From Patescibacteria group bacterium (GTDB lineage Bacteria; Patescibacteriota; Microgenomatia; PFEM01; JAHIFH01), in NCBI GenBank assembly GCA_035529375.1, contig DATKWU010000009.1:289111-353110 (forward strand): DNA of 64,000 bases, written 5' to 3'. Both the position numbers and the translations under genes were made by a program. Numbering within the stretch: position 1 is the stretch's first letter; each line of letters starts with the position of its first letter. Shown here in pieces: positions 29,957-39,585 of this stretch. The notes beneath the pieces are model-generated. The model worked only from the letters and a program-made list of their open reading frames with translations. It was not told the DNA's origin and did not search any database.

Positions 29957-32941
29957 TTATTGAACAATTGTTCCCCATAGCCATTGCAAAAGGTTTTTAC
30001 CTTCGTCTTTGGGTACAAGTGATTTAGTTACCCATTCTTTGGCTAATTGAACACCACCAAGGTAGTTGTAATAGAATCTGCCTTCTGAGGGAGTAATATC
30101 TTCTGGGCTTTGGCTGTCTTTGTAATAGAACTGAATTTCACTGGCCGCATCCATTTCTCGGAATTCCGGCCAGGTGGCTGGGCGGAAAATATTAAAGAGA
30201 CCATTGGTGTCTAATTTACCGGTTTGTTCCCAGATCTGGGTTAGGTAAGGATGAAGGAGACGGGTGCCAAAATCCCTTTTAACCGATCTCTCAATAATCT
30301 CCTTGCAGGGATCTTTACATTTCTCGCACTCGTTAGGATCTTTTGATTTAGGGTCGAGTACGCAACCAGGAATTGGTTTACAATCGAGACCTTCTTGACG
30401 GCACTTTTCGTATTCAGGATTTTCCCAAGCATCAACAGCTACCAGAGGAATATTGATTTTGCATTCTTCATCACAACAAAGCTTGTCATTATCATTAGGG
30501 TCTGTAATCGCTGGCAATTCACAGTTAGATACTTGAACAAGAGGACCAGAAACACCACAAGTTGCTGGCGGTTCATAAGGTTCGCCTTTGCAAGAACCTG
30601 TTCCGTTCTCATCAAGAGTCATACAACAACCTTCACTAACTCCAACGTGTCCAGTGGAAGTTCCAATATTATAGTTGATGGCACTGACATTAATGCAAGC
30701 TGTTCCGCCAGGTCCAGGAGAACCTATGTGGTATTCTAGACCCGGACCGAGATTGTTTATTCCCATGAATTGGCCGTTGATTTCCACCCAGACATGACCA
30801 TCACCAGAGGCATCAATAATGATTGTACAGCCTCCTCCTGAACAAGTGATAGACCTAATATTAATACTTGAACATTGGTCGCCGTCAGGATCACAGCCAC
30901 TAGCTTGAGCTAGAAGTTTTTTCTCTCCTGGTGAAGCGATAATAAGGCTTGTTTGATTTTGGGCATACATTAAACTGCTATCCCATTGCGTTAAAAGCAT
31001 GTTATTTAGTTCCTGAGTGGCTTCATTCAGGCGAGCAACATGAGGAACATCTTCTACCTGCGGTTCAATATTTTTGGGAATATCATCAGATTTATAGCCG
31101 TAATAGGGCATAATCCAGCCAATGGTATCATCACGACTGATCAAGGGAGCGACCACCCAGAGATTGGACCATTTACCGTTTTCTGCTTCTTTCCATTCTT
31201 GATATTTTATTTCGTAATTTTCCTCTTCAGGGTCTGGAGGAAGATGATCAGCCAGACTCGTTAAAGTGCTGGTAGCTCCAGTTTCGTCCCAATGAGAAAT
31301 TTTAATAGGGGAACTATCAAGAATAGTCTTAACTCCAGCAATCAAAGCATCATCCAAGGGATTTAAAGTTTTATCACTAAAGAGACAGTAGTTAGAAAAT
31401 TCTTCAGCCTTTTTAACGACAATATTACTACCTGTTAGTTTTCCTGCTATTGTGATAAGGGCTTCCGCCCAAAAAGGCGCGTCCCAACAAAGGCGGCCAA
31501 TATAATTAAGGTTGTAATCGTGAACGCCACCTTCGTGGATATTTTTTTCTATAGTTTCTTTTGCTCTCTTGACCATGTTTTTCTTCAGCTCGTCTTGGTA
31601 GGCCATAGGGGTTAATTTGCGAAGAACACCAGCGTGGTTAACCCAATCTAGCCAGTATTGCCCATAGTTCTGGTAGTATTCATTGGTTCCTTCGAAGTAG
31701 TCAGCCAAATATTTTTGTTCGTAATCGGATTTATCATCAACGCCCTCGCCTTTATAACCAACAAAAGGGATAGTGGTATCTGAAGGATCGATAGTGACGA
31801 TTCCCCCCCATTTTCTACTGACACAATGAGGCGGTTCTTCAGTGCCGTCACCCCGTTCATAAGTAACGGTATCGTGAACTGTAAAACTCGTGGCGCATGA
31901 AGGACAGTAATTGTGGGTATCGTCACAAGAATCGCAAGGAACCGGTCGGGAATCATAATCGCCGCCGTCGGAGGGGTTACAGGTGGGTGGCGGGGCGACA
32001 ACGACATAAGGTGATGGGGTAGGGATGGGAAAGGGAATAAATTCAAAATCAGGAATAATTCCTTCAAGCAAGGCCGCATAAAGTTGAAAATAGAAAAATG
32101 CCAATTTGGGATTACCAAAAATATCTACTAAGCCAAAACCCGGTCCGCCGAAGTCCGAAAAGGTATACCAAAGAACGGTCGCCACCTCATTACCGAATTC
32201 TCGGGCAACTAATTCATAAACGGCTTTAAGATAATCAGCCTGGAGTTGTTGATCAGCTACTTCCCAGCCAAATTCAGTTATCCAGAGAGGTTTACCCTCT
32301 GAGACCGCTAAAAAATTTAAAAGAGTTTGTCTAACTAGATTGATGTCAAGAGTGTAGGGGTGAACCCCAACCCCATCAGCCGGCAAGCCACCAGCAATTT
32401 CAATTACTTTTATTAGATAATTTGGGTCGCCAGCCACCATTCCTCCGGTGACAACAAAACTATTTGAATTTTCATTTATAGCGTTATAGGCAGCTGCCAA
32501 AAGGGCGGCATAATTTCCAGGGGGAATATAAATTGAGGCAACATTATTTTGAGCGTCTTGCTCATTCCAGATTTCATAAGCGGCTACCCTATCCCCGAAG
32601 CGAGCTGCGGTCTCAGCTGCCATGTTGGCAAAATTATTTACATAATTAGAATTAATTTCTAAGTTTGGCGGCCAAAGTGTTTGCTGGTTTAGAACCATAA
32701 CAACATCGATTCCCGCCTGATTAAGTTCATTTATATAGGAATCGTAGTTGAAACCAGAATCGGGCACATAAACAAATCTTACCCAACTAGCCCCCAGAGC
32801 TTGAAGGTCGCTGGCACTTGGTCTTGATTGGGGATTAATAGGACCAATATTAATCCCCGCGCCCCCTGCTTGAGCAGAAACTTTTTGGGGAGAAACAAGG
32901 AAAAAGAAAAGTAGTAATATTCCTAGGCAGATTTTTTTCAT
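29957..32941 (-). CDS. Secreted GH-A clan glycoside hydrolase with long Cys-rich C-terminus
   Basis: Signal peptide, WVRF, YEIWNEQD, VHPY, PLWITEFGW. Confidence 0.8.
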   Translation of the reverse strand: MKKICLGILLLFFFLVSPQKVSAQAGGAGINIGPINPQSRPSASDLQALGASWVRFVYVPDSGFNYDSYINELNQAGIDVVMVLNQQTLWPPNLEINSNYVNNFANMAAETAARFGDRVAAYEIWNEQDAQNNVASIYIPPGNYAALLAAAYNAINENSNSFVVTGGMVAGDPNYLIKVIEIAGGLPADGVGVHPYTLDINLVRQTLLNFLAVSEGKPLWITEFGWEVADQQLQADYLKAVYELVAREFGNEVATVLWYTFSDFGGPGFGLVDIFGNPKLAFFYFQLYAALLEGIIPDFEFIPFPIPTPSPYVVVAPPPTCNPSDGGDYDSRPVPCDSCDDTHNYCPSCATSFTVHDTVTYERGDGTEEPPHCVSRKWGGIVTIDPSDTTIPFVGYKGEGVDDKSDYEQKYLADYFEGTNEYYQNYGQYWLDWVNHAGVLRKLTPMAYQDELKKNMVKRAKETIEKNIHEGGVHDYNLNYIGRLCWDAPFWAEALITIAGKLTGSNIVVKKAEEFSNYCLFSDKTLNPLDDALIAGVKTILDSSPIKISHWDETGATSTLTSLADHLPPDPEEENYEIKYQEWKEAENGKWSNLWVVAPLISRDDTIGWIMPYYGYKSDDIPKNIEPQVEDVPHVARLNEATQELNNMLLTQWDSSLMYAQNQTSLIIASPGEKKLLAQASGCDPDGDQCSSINIRSITCSGGGCTIIIDASGDGHVWVEINGQFMGINNLGPGLEYHIGSPGPGGTACINVSAINYNIGTSTGHVGVSEGCCMTLDENGTGSCKGEPYEPPATCGVSGPLVQVSNCELPAITDPNDNDKLCCDEECKINIPLVAVDAWENPEYEKCRQEGLDCKPIPGCVLDPKSKDPNECEKCKDPCKEIIERSVKRDFGTRLLHPYLTQIWEQTGKLDTNGLFNIFRPATWPEFREMDAASEIQFYYKDSQSPEDITPSEGRFYYNYLGGVQLAKEWVTKSLVPKDEGKNLLQWLWGTIVQ

Positions 32942-33219
32942 TATTCAAACTTAAACTCAAGCAATCCTTCGATGCCAGTAAAGTCAGCAATGAATTTAAG
33001 AATGAACCAAGCAATGATAATCAAGACTAGACCAAGAATGGCATAGGTAATTGTGTTCCTTGCTGATTCAACTGCCTTAGGATCACCACCAGAAGTCAAC
33101 CATTTGAAGCCACCAAGAATAATCATGATGAAAGTAGCAATTCCGGCTAAACGAATAGCCAAATTTAGAAGATTCCACATGATTTGAATTAGGTCTGAAA
33201 TTCGAGCTGGATCTTCCAT
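32941..33219 (-). CDS. T4SS/TrbC-VirB2-like pilin 1
   Basis: GFKWLTSGGDPKAVESARNTITYAILGL; two TMs. Confidence 0.8.
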   Translation of the reverse strand: MEDPARISDLIQIMWNLLNLAIRLAGIATFIMIILGGFKWLTSGGDPKAVESARNTITYAILGLVLIIIAWFILKFIADFTGIEGLLEFKFE

Positions 33220-33242
33220 TAAACTAACTTTACAACACCAAA

Positions 33243-33266
33243 ACACCTACCGTCAAGGGTAGGTGT
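33243..33266 (-). terminator. Hairpin, probable intrinsic terminator
   Basis: ACACCTACC-GTCAAG-GGTAGGTGT, followed by a T-run on the minus strand. Confidence 0.6.
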
Positions 33267-33319
33267 CGGTACGCACTTTAATTATTTAAACCGCTTCTAT
33301 ATAAGGATTAGATTCTTTA

Positions 33320-33697
33320 TTATTTAATCGTTGGAATTGCTAGTCCGGTGAGAATATGAATTCCAAAGAATGTCTCCAATAATCTAATGATGGCCCAGGA
33401 GGCAAAAACAATTGCTAGACCAATTAGAGCGGCCGTGAGCGTGCTTTGAGCATTGGCCGTTCCTTCTTTGTCACCACCAGAGGTAATCCATTTAATCCCA
33501 CCAATGATGAGAAAGAAAAAGGAAATCAGAGCTGCCACTACCAAGAGCAATTTAATAGCAGCAGAAATTATACCCGGAATAGTAATAGTGCCTAAAGCCC
33601 CAAAGTCTTCACCTGTAGGTAAGATGCTAATGGTATCACTAGCCGCCAAAGCAGGAGCAATCATTAAGTAATTTGTCAATTCTTTAATTTTCTTCAT
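33320..33697 (-). CDS. T4SS/TrbC-VirB2-like pilin 2 (strong RBS)
   Basis: GIKWITSGGDKEG..AQSTLTAALIGL; AAGGAAAGGGGGTGA upstream. Confidence 0.82.
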   Translation of the reverse strand: MKKIKELTNYLMIAPALAASDTISILPTGEDFGALGTITIPGIISAAIKLLLVVAALISFFFLIIGGIKWITSGGDKEGTANAQSTLTAALIGLAIVFASWAIIRLLETFFGIHILTGLAIPTIK

Positions 33698-33716
33698 TTT
33701 TTCACCCCCTTTCCTT

Positions 33717-34115
33717 TTATTTGATTAGATAAGGCGAAATATCAAAAAAGAGATTCTCGAGCGCCTCAATCCCAAAGAAACTCCCAATTAATTTGATTAT
33801 AGCAAAGACAGCAAAAAGAGCAATTAGACCAACAATCGCACTGACGACTTTACCTCGGGCTGACTCTAGAGCCGCCTTGTCGCCGCCAGCGGTCATCCAT
33901 TGAATCGCCCCAACCACCAGAAAAATGAAAGCAACGATAACCCCGACGATAAGAAGAATGGCGATAATATTACCCAGGAAAAGGTTAATAATATCAAGGC
34001 CTTCACCAGTACCAACCAGAGGATTAAGAGCAGGATTGTAAATACCTTCTTGGTATTCGCCTGCGCCTCCTCCTTCACCTGGTGTCGCAGCAGCTAAATA
34101 GATTTTTTCTATCAT
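33717..34115 (-). CDS. T4SS/TrbC-VirB2-like pilin 3
   Basis: GAIQWMTAGGDKAALESARGKVVSAIVGL. Confidence 0.82.
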   Translation of the reverse strand: MIEKIYLAAATPGEGGGAGEYQEGIYNPALNPLVGTGEGLDIINLFLGNIIAILLIVGVIVAFIFLVVGAIQWMTAGGDKAALESARGKVVSAIVGLIALFAVFAIIKLIGSFFGIEALENLFFDISPYLIK

Positions 34116-34117
34116 TT

Positions 34118-34507
34118 TTAGGGCCCTAGTTGTTCAATAATTTCTTGAGGATTAAGAATGTCAAATCCTAAAAAATTGCCGATAAGAGAAATAAGAGCAT
34201 AGGCGAGAACAATAACAATCAGGCCAGTCAAGCCATTACTGATTCTTTTAGTAGCCCCTTCAACTGCTTTAGAATCACCACCAGCCGTTAAATAGCCAAA
34301 AGCGCCGATAACAAGAATGAAGAAGAACCAAATACCGGCAATAACGGTCATAATGCCGATGATTTTTGAAAGGATTGAAGTGAAGTGTCTGGCGGCAACA
34401 CCAACATTACTGAATCGGTAGAGAGCTCCCCAGGGACCGAAACCTTCACTGGGGTCTCCGCCAATGGGACCAAGATCAACTTCAGCGGCAAAGATTTTTT
34501 CTATCAT
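34118..34507 (-). CDS. T4SS/TrbC-VirB2-like pilin 4
   Basis: GAFGYLTAGGDSKAVEGATKRISNGLTGL. Confidence 0.82.
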   Translation of the reverse strand: MIEKIFAAEVDLGPIGGDPSEGFGPWGALYRFSNVGVAARHFTSILSKIIGIMTVIAGIWFFFILVIGAFGYLTAGGDSKAVEGATKRISNGLTGLIVIVLAYALISLIGNFLGFDILNPQEIIEQLGP

Positions 34508-34510
34508 TTT

Positions 34511-34864
34511 TTAAGGCCCGTAAATTTTCGGATTAAGAATGGCGCTGGCATTGCCAAATAACAAATAACCAAAAATGGCAGCTAGAACAAAAGAGCCCAG
34601 AATAAACAAAAGCCCCATCAGTGATTGCCAGATTCTCGCCCAAGCTGCCCCCATTTTTTTAGGATCATCACCCGCACTTAAAAAACCATAGCCGGCAATG
34701 ATTAAGTTAAAAAAAGCAAAAAGACCGCCGACAACAATTAAAAGACGGATAATATTATTCAAAAACTTGATCATCCCAAAATTTGGCCCAGGCTCGCCAG
34801 CATAGCCAGTAATCCCCATTTTGGTAAAAGGATTTTCAATGGCTCCAAAAATTTCGAAAATCAT
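34511..34864 (-). CDS. T4SS/TrbC-VirB2-like pilin 5
   Basis: AGYGFLSAGDDPKKMGAAWARIWQSLMGL. Confidence 0.8.
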   Translation of the reverse strand: MIFEIFGAIENPFTKMGITGYAGEPGPNFGMIKFLNNIIRLLIVVGGLFAFFNLIIAGYGFLSAGDDPKKMGAAWARIWQSLMGLLFILGSFVLAAIFGYLLFGNASAILNPKIYGP

Positions 34865-35184
34865 ATGCCTAAACCCCCACTAAGAAAATCAATACCGGTA
34901 ATAACTTTAATAATTTGTATTATCCAATAACTGGCAAAAATAATCAAGAAACCAATTAGAGCGGCGGTCACCGCCTGGGTTCCTTTAGCCGCTCCCTCAG
35001 GATTTTCCTGGCCAGCGCTGATAAGGAACATCAACCCACCACCAATCAGAAGAAAGAAGAGAATAATACCAGCTAAAACATAGATGTTGGGTAGAAGATT
35101 GGAGATAATGCCCCCCAAAGTCATACTCGTACTCAAACCTGAGTGTTCGCCAAAAAGGGCTTTGCCAATTTCGAAATTCTGCAT
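34861..35184 (-). CDS. T4SS/TrbC-VirB2-like pilin 6
   Basis: GGLMFLISAGQENPEGAAKG..AVTAALIGF; likely ATG at 35184. Confidence 0.78.
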   Translation of the reverse strand: MQNFEIGKALFGEHSGLSTSMTLGGIISNLLPNIYVLAGIILFFLLIGGGLMFLISAGQENPEGAAKGTQAVTAALIGFLIIFASYWIIQIIKVITGIDFLSGGLGI

Positions 35185-35258
35185 CACATTTAGTCTATCA
35201 ATATCAAATTTAAGTGTCAACTTTTGCAAGTGGTCAAGATTTTGTTATACTTCTCGCC

Positions 35259-36326
35259 ATGGAAGCAAAGGCTTATCTTCAAGATTACGTTAAAAAAACA
35301 GAGCCACTATTAGATTCCTTTTTTAAAACTAAGGAGAAAGAAGCGGCTGAGATTTCACCCCTGGCCGCAGAAATGATGAGAATTTATCGTCAGTTTATGG
35401 GTGGCAAAAACATTCGTGGAGCTCTGGTCAAATTAGGTTATGAATGTTTTGGTGGTAAGAATGAAAAAGCGATTCTTGAAGCCTCTTTAATGGTGACTCT
35501 GACTCACGCTTTTATTTTAATCCATGATGACGTGATGGATCGGGATGTCTTAAGAAGGAACAAACCAACCATTCATGTTCAATATAGTAATCTCTACAGA
35601 AAACGTCATCAAGATAAAAGAGATCAGGCCGAGCATTATGGTCTGAGTATGGCGATTGATCTTGGTGATATTGGTTTTACTCTGGCCCATCTCCTTTTGG
35701 TTGATACCGATTTTAGTGATGAGATTAAAACCAGAGTTTTGAGAAGATTTAATCAACAGATTTTGACAACCGCTTTTGGTCAGGCTCTTGATGTCACTCT
35801 TGAAGCCACTGATAAGCTCTCAGAAAAAGATATTACCAAGATTCATCATTACAAAACAGCCGACTACACGGTTACTGGTCCCTTACAGTACGGGGCTTTG
35901 TTCGCTGGTGCAAATGAAAAGGAAATAAAAAAGATAGGGAAATTTGGTTTACCAGTTGGGATTGCTTTTCAGTTGCGGGATGATGAATTAGGTCTTTTTG
36001 CTGATGAAAAAATTTTAGGCAAACCAATTGGCAGTGATGTTAAGGAAAACAAAAACACAATTCTTCATCTTAAGGTTCTAGGATTAGCTAAGGGAAAAGA
36101 GAAACAATTTATTCAACAAGTTTATGGCAAGAAGAATCTGACTAAAAAAGAACTGGAAAGAGTCAGGCGGATTACTGAAGAGACTGGGGTTTTAGCTTAT
36201 TCCCAAAAAATGGCGAAGAGTTTGGTTGAAAAAGGCAAGAAATATATTTCCCAAATTACTCGGAAACCTGAATTAGCCGATACTTTAAGAAAAATGGCTG
36301 ATTTTATGATTGAACGCGAGAGTTAG
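35259..36326 (+). CDS. Trans-polyprenyl diphosphate synthase (IspA/GGPPS family)
   Basis: GGKNIRG, LIHDDVMD..LRR, GQALD, KTA, FQLRDD. Confidence 0.9.
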   Translation: MEAKAYLQDYVKKTEPLLDSFFKTKEKEAAEISPLAAEMMRIYRQFMGGKNIRGALVKLGYECFGGKNEKAILEASLMVTLTHAFILIHDDVMDRDVLRRNKPTIHVQYSNLYRKRHQDKRDQAEHYGLSMAIDLGDIGFTLAHLLLVDTDFSDEIKTRVLRRFNQQILTTAFGQALDVTLEATDKLSEKDITKIHHYKTADYTVTGPLQYGALFAGANEKEIKKIGKFGLPVGIAFQLRDDELGLFADEKILGKPIGSDVKENKNTILHLKVLGLAKGKEKQFIQQVYGKKNLTKKELERVRRITEETGVLAYSQKMAKSLVEKGKKYISQITRKPELADTLRKMADFMIERES

Positions 36327-36328
36327 GA

Positions 36329-37120
36329 GTGGTAGAATCCAGTCCGATGCCGAAAAAAACTTCTAAGACCAAAATAGATAAAAAAAATCTTCCCAGACAT
36401 ATTGGCATTATTATGGATGGTAACCGACGTTGGGCTGCAAAAAGAGATTTGACACCAATGGAAGGCCACCAAGCCGGAGTCAAAGCCCTAATCAAAATTG
36501 TGGATTATTGTTTGGATCTGAAGATAGAAACCTTAACGATTTATGCTCTCTCAACCGAAAATTGGCGGAAAAGAGCCAAGAAAGAAGTGGAAGGACTTTT
36601 TAACTTGTTGGTCAGAGCCGTGGAAGAGAAAAAAGAAGAGTACAAAGAAAAAGGCGTCAAGTTAGTGGTTTTAGGCAATTTTCAGGCTTTTCCTAGGAAA
36701 GTCGTTCGGGCGATTGAAGAGATGTTAGCCATTGTTAAAACTCATGAGAGATTAAAGGTCAATGTCGCTTTAAATTATGGCGGTCGAGACGAAATTATTA
36801 GGGCCATCAAGAAAATTGTTGAAGATGAAGTTCCGCCCAAAAAGATTAATGAAAAAATGTTTGGTAAATTCCTTTACACTAATGGCGAACCAGACCCCGA
36901 CTTAATTATTCGGACTGGCGGCGAATCAAGGCTTTCTAATTTTCTTCTCTGGCAATCTAGCTATTCCGAGCTTTATTTTACTAAAACTCTTTGGCCAGAC
37001 TTTTCTCCAGCCAAGCTCGACAAAACAATTCTTGCTTATCAAAAGCGGACCAGAAGATTTGGTGGGGGTACGTTTGCTATCTACAGGAAGAAAGCTAAAA
37101 AATCTTCAAGCCAAAAATAA
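36329..37120 (+). CDS. uppS: Undecaprenyl diphosphate synthase
   Basis: HIGIIMDGNRRWA, STENW.R, NYGGR, PDLIIRTGGE.RLSNFLLWQ. Confidence 0.95.
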   Translation: MVESSPMPKKTSKTKIDKKNLPRHIGIIMDGNRRWAAKRDLTPMEGHQAGVKALIKIVDYCLDLKIETLTIYALSTENWRKRAKKEVEGLFNLLVRAVEEKKEEYKEKGVKLVVLGNFQAFPRKVVRAIEEMLAIVKTHERLKVNVALNYGGRDEIIRAIKKIVEDEVPPKKINEKMFGKFLYTNGEPDPDLIIRTGGESRLSNFLLWQSSYSELYFTKTLWPDFSPAKLDKTILAYQKRTRRFGGGTFAIYRKKAKKSSSQK

Positions 37121-37406
37121 CTTCCAAAATTTGAATCAGCCAATAGGCAACAAAAATAATAACAAAGCCGATGACAGCGCCCGTGAGTCTTCCTTTAGCT
37201 GACTCCATTTTCTTTGGGTCACCAGCCGAAGTCATCATTTCAAAGCCAGCCCAAATCAGGATTAAAAGCAAAGCCAAACCAGCCAAAGCAAAAATATAGG
37301 GGATCAGGTCATTGATAATATTGCTAATATTCCCACTGGCAAATGCAAAGCTAGGTGGATCATTAATTGATTCGCCGCCAGGAAAAGTTAAAGCTAATTT
37401 TTTCAT
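37095..37406 (-). CDS. T4SS/TrbC-VirB2-like pilin 7
   Basis: AGFEMMTSAGDPKKMESAKGRLTGAVIGF. Confidence 0.8.
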   Translation of the reverse strand: MKKLALTFPGGESINDPPSFAFASGNISNIINDLIPYIFALAGLALLLILIWAGFEMMTSAGDPKKMESAKGRLTGAVIGFVIIFVAYWLIQILEVIFGLKIF

Positions 37407-37407
37407 T

Positions 37408-37761
37408 TTATTCAAATCCTGGGATAGCTAATATTTCCACTCCAATAATTCTTAAAATAAAAACAGCAAAAACAATTAGTAAGAGACCAGAGATCGCCGA
37501 AGTGATGAGCTCTTTACCTGATTGGACTTTTTCCGGATTACCTCCAGAAGTTAAGACCTGAAGCCCTCCAAAGATAATTAAGAGAGTAGCAATCCCACCG
37601 CCAATACCAATGGCGAAAGCTAGAATTCTACTAACGAAAGCTTGGGGACTTTCAACATTAATTGGCCCAATGGCGGTATTAATAATTGCTTCAGCTAGGG
37701 TTGGACTGGCGAGAATAAAAATTAAAGCAAACAATAAGACGGTCACAGCTAGTTTTTTCAT
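37408..37761 (-). CDS. T4SS/TrbC-VirB2-like pilin 8
   Basis: Signal-like N-terminus, GLQVLTSGGNPEKVQSGKELITSAISGL. Confidence 0.82.
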   Translation of the reverse strand: MKKLAVTVLLFALIFILASPTLAEAIINTAIGPINVESPQAFVSRILAFAIGIGGGIATLLIIFGGLQVLTSGGNPEKVQSGKELITSAISGLLLIVFAVFILRIIGVEILAIPGFE

Positions 37762-37837
37762 CAGCTAAAGTTTAACATAATTCCTTTTCAAGAGGCAACC
37801 TAAGTTGAATTAGCCTCTATGATATACTTTTATCAGA

Positions 37838-39541
37838 ATGAAAAAGGTAAAAGTTTTGATCAGTCTCTTAATGGCTTCTTCAATTTTAATTTTTCTTTTT
37901 TCTCATTCTTTTATTGTTCAGGCTGCTTGTCCGGAAAGTGATTATGATTGTCAATTTGAGGAAATTCAAAAAATCATTGATGCTCTCGCCCCAGCCCACG
38001 AACAAAACAAAACCGAATTAGCCAAACTTAAAACTCAATTAGCCGATCTTCAGAAAAGGCTTGATGCCATTACCTTGGGTTTGAAACAGCTTGAGAAGAG
38101 TATTCTTGAGAGGGAGGTTGATTTGGCTTTTCAGGAAAAAATTTTAGCGGCTAAGGTAAGAAGTTATTATATTCAAAGCCAAAAATCTTCTCCCTTTCTC
38201 TTGTTTTTGTCTTCGAATAATGCTCAAGAACTGGCTCGAGAATTAGCTTTCCGGCTTAAAGTTGTTAATCAAGACAGATTGACGATTGTTCAAATTTCGG
38301 CTGATTTGAAGAAACTTCAAGAGGATAAGATTACTTATGAGCGAAGTCAAGCGAGTTTAGCCCAAGCCCAAAAACAGGTTGATGATCGGGCCACTTTTTT
38401 AGAAGGAGAAGTCGAGAAGGTTGAGTCAGCCATTGCCTCTTTGACCGCTAAGCAACAACAAATATTAGCCCAAAAATTAGCCAGTTTAAATCTTCCCACC
38501 ACCTTAGGTGCTGGGCCTTTGGTTTGTGTTGATGATCGAGATCGAGATCCTGGTTTTCGTCCCGCTTTTGCTTTTTTTACTTACGGGATTCCTCATCGAG
38601 TGGGGATGAATCAATACGGAGCTTACGGTCGGGCCAAGGCCGGTCAATCATACCAAGAGATTCTTAAAATTTATTACGAAGGGATTACGATTGAAAAGAA
38701 ACCCAACGTTAGTCTCCAAGTTCAAGGTTATGGAGCGATGCCTTTAGAACAGTATTTATTAGGGATTTACGAGATGCCTGAAAGTTGGCCAATCGAAGCC
38801 CAAAAAGCTCAAGCGGTGGCGGCCCGGTCTTATGCCTTGGCCTATACTGACAATGGGTCTAAAGAAATTTGCACCAGTCAACAATGCCAAGTTTATAAGG
38901 GAGGCAATAAAGGCGGTAATTGGGAAGCAGCGGTCAAAGCAACAGAAGGCGAAGTTGCCGTTCATAGCGGTCAGGTGATTACTGCTTGGTATGCTTCAAC
39001 CGCTGGTGGTTACACTTTTTTTTCTTCTGATGTCGGTTGGAGTCAGCGGCCTTGGACCAAAAGATTACGAGACACCAGTGGTGAAGTCAGTAGTTTTGCT
39101 GATCTTCAGGGTAAAGCCTATGATAAAGACTCACCTTGTTTTTATGCGGCTCAAGGTTGGCGGAAAGAGTATGCTAGTTCTGCCTGGTTAAAATCTGAAG
39201 AAGTGACTGATATTATCAATGTTCTGCTTTTAGCTAAAGCTGATCCTTCAAGTCAACAACACCTGGCCCAGGTGGATAAACCTAATCCTGATGGAGTGGA
39301 TACTTGGGATGCTGGTCGAGTTAAACAAGAATTAAAGAGTCGAGGGATTACCCCTTTTGATAATGTCTCTAGTGTTTCTGTCGGTTGGGACAATGGTCTG
39401 GGAAGAACAACCTCTGTCAGTGTTTCTGGCAGTGCTGGTAATCAAACTTTTGATGGTCCGGAGTTCAAAAACTTTTTTAATCTTCGAGCGCCGGCTAATA
39501 TCCAGATTGTTGGGCCGTTGTTTAATGTTGAGAAAAAGTAG
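37838..39541 (+). CDS. Coiled-coil + SpoIID/LytB lytic transglycosylase-like protein
   Basis: HRVGMNQYGA, EMPESWPIEAQKAQAVAARSYA, CQVY, YASTAGG. Confidence 0.85.
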   Translation: MKKVKVLISLLMASSILIFLFSHSFIVQAACPESDYDCQFEEIQKIIDALAPAHEQNKTELAKLKTQLADLQKRLDAITLGLKQLEKSILEREVDLAFQEKILAAKVRSYYIQSQKSSPFLLFLSSNNAQELARELAFRLKVVNQDRLTIVQISADLKKLQEDKITYERSQASLAQAQKQVDDRATFLEGEVEKVESAIASLTAKQQQILAQKLASLNLPTTLGAGPLVCVDDRDRDPGFRPAFAFFTYGIPHRVGMNQYGAYGRAKAGQSYQEILKIYYEGITIEKKPNVSLQVQGYGAMPLEQYLLGIYEMPESWPIEAQKAQAVAARSYALAYTDNGSKEICTSQQCQVYKGGNKGGNWEAAVKATEGEVAVHSGQVITAWYASTAGGYTFFSSDVGWSQRPWTKRLRDTSGEVSSFADLQGKAYDKDSPCFYAAQGWRKEYASSAWLKSEEVTDIINVLLLAKADPSSQQHLAQVDKPNPDGVDTWDAGRVKQELKSRGITPFDNVSSVSVGWDNGLGRTTSVSVSGSAGNQTFDGPEFKNFFNLRAPANIQIVGPLFNVEKK

Positions 39542-39585
39542 TTATCTTGTTTCTCTTGGATCTGAAATGATAAAATACTAGAACA

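Noticed and set aside
19650-34097. Many 60-150 aa ORFs antisense or out of frame within large genes
   Set aside because: No motifs or initiation signals; expected shadows of biased codon usage.
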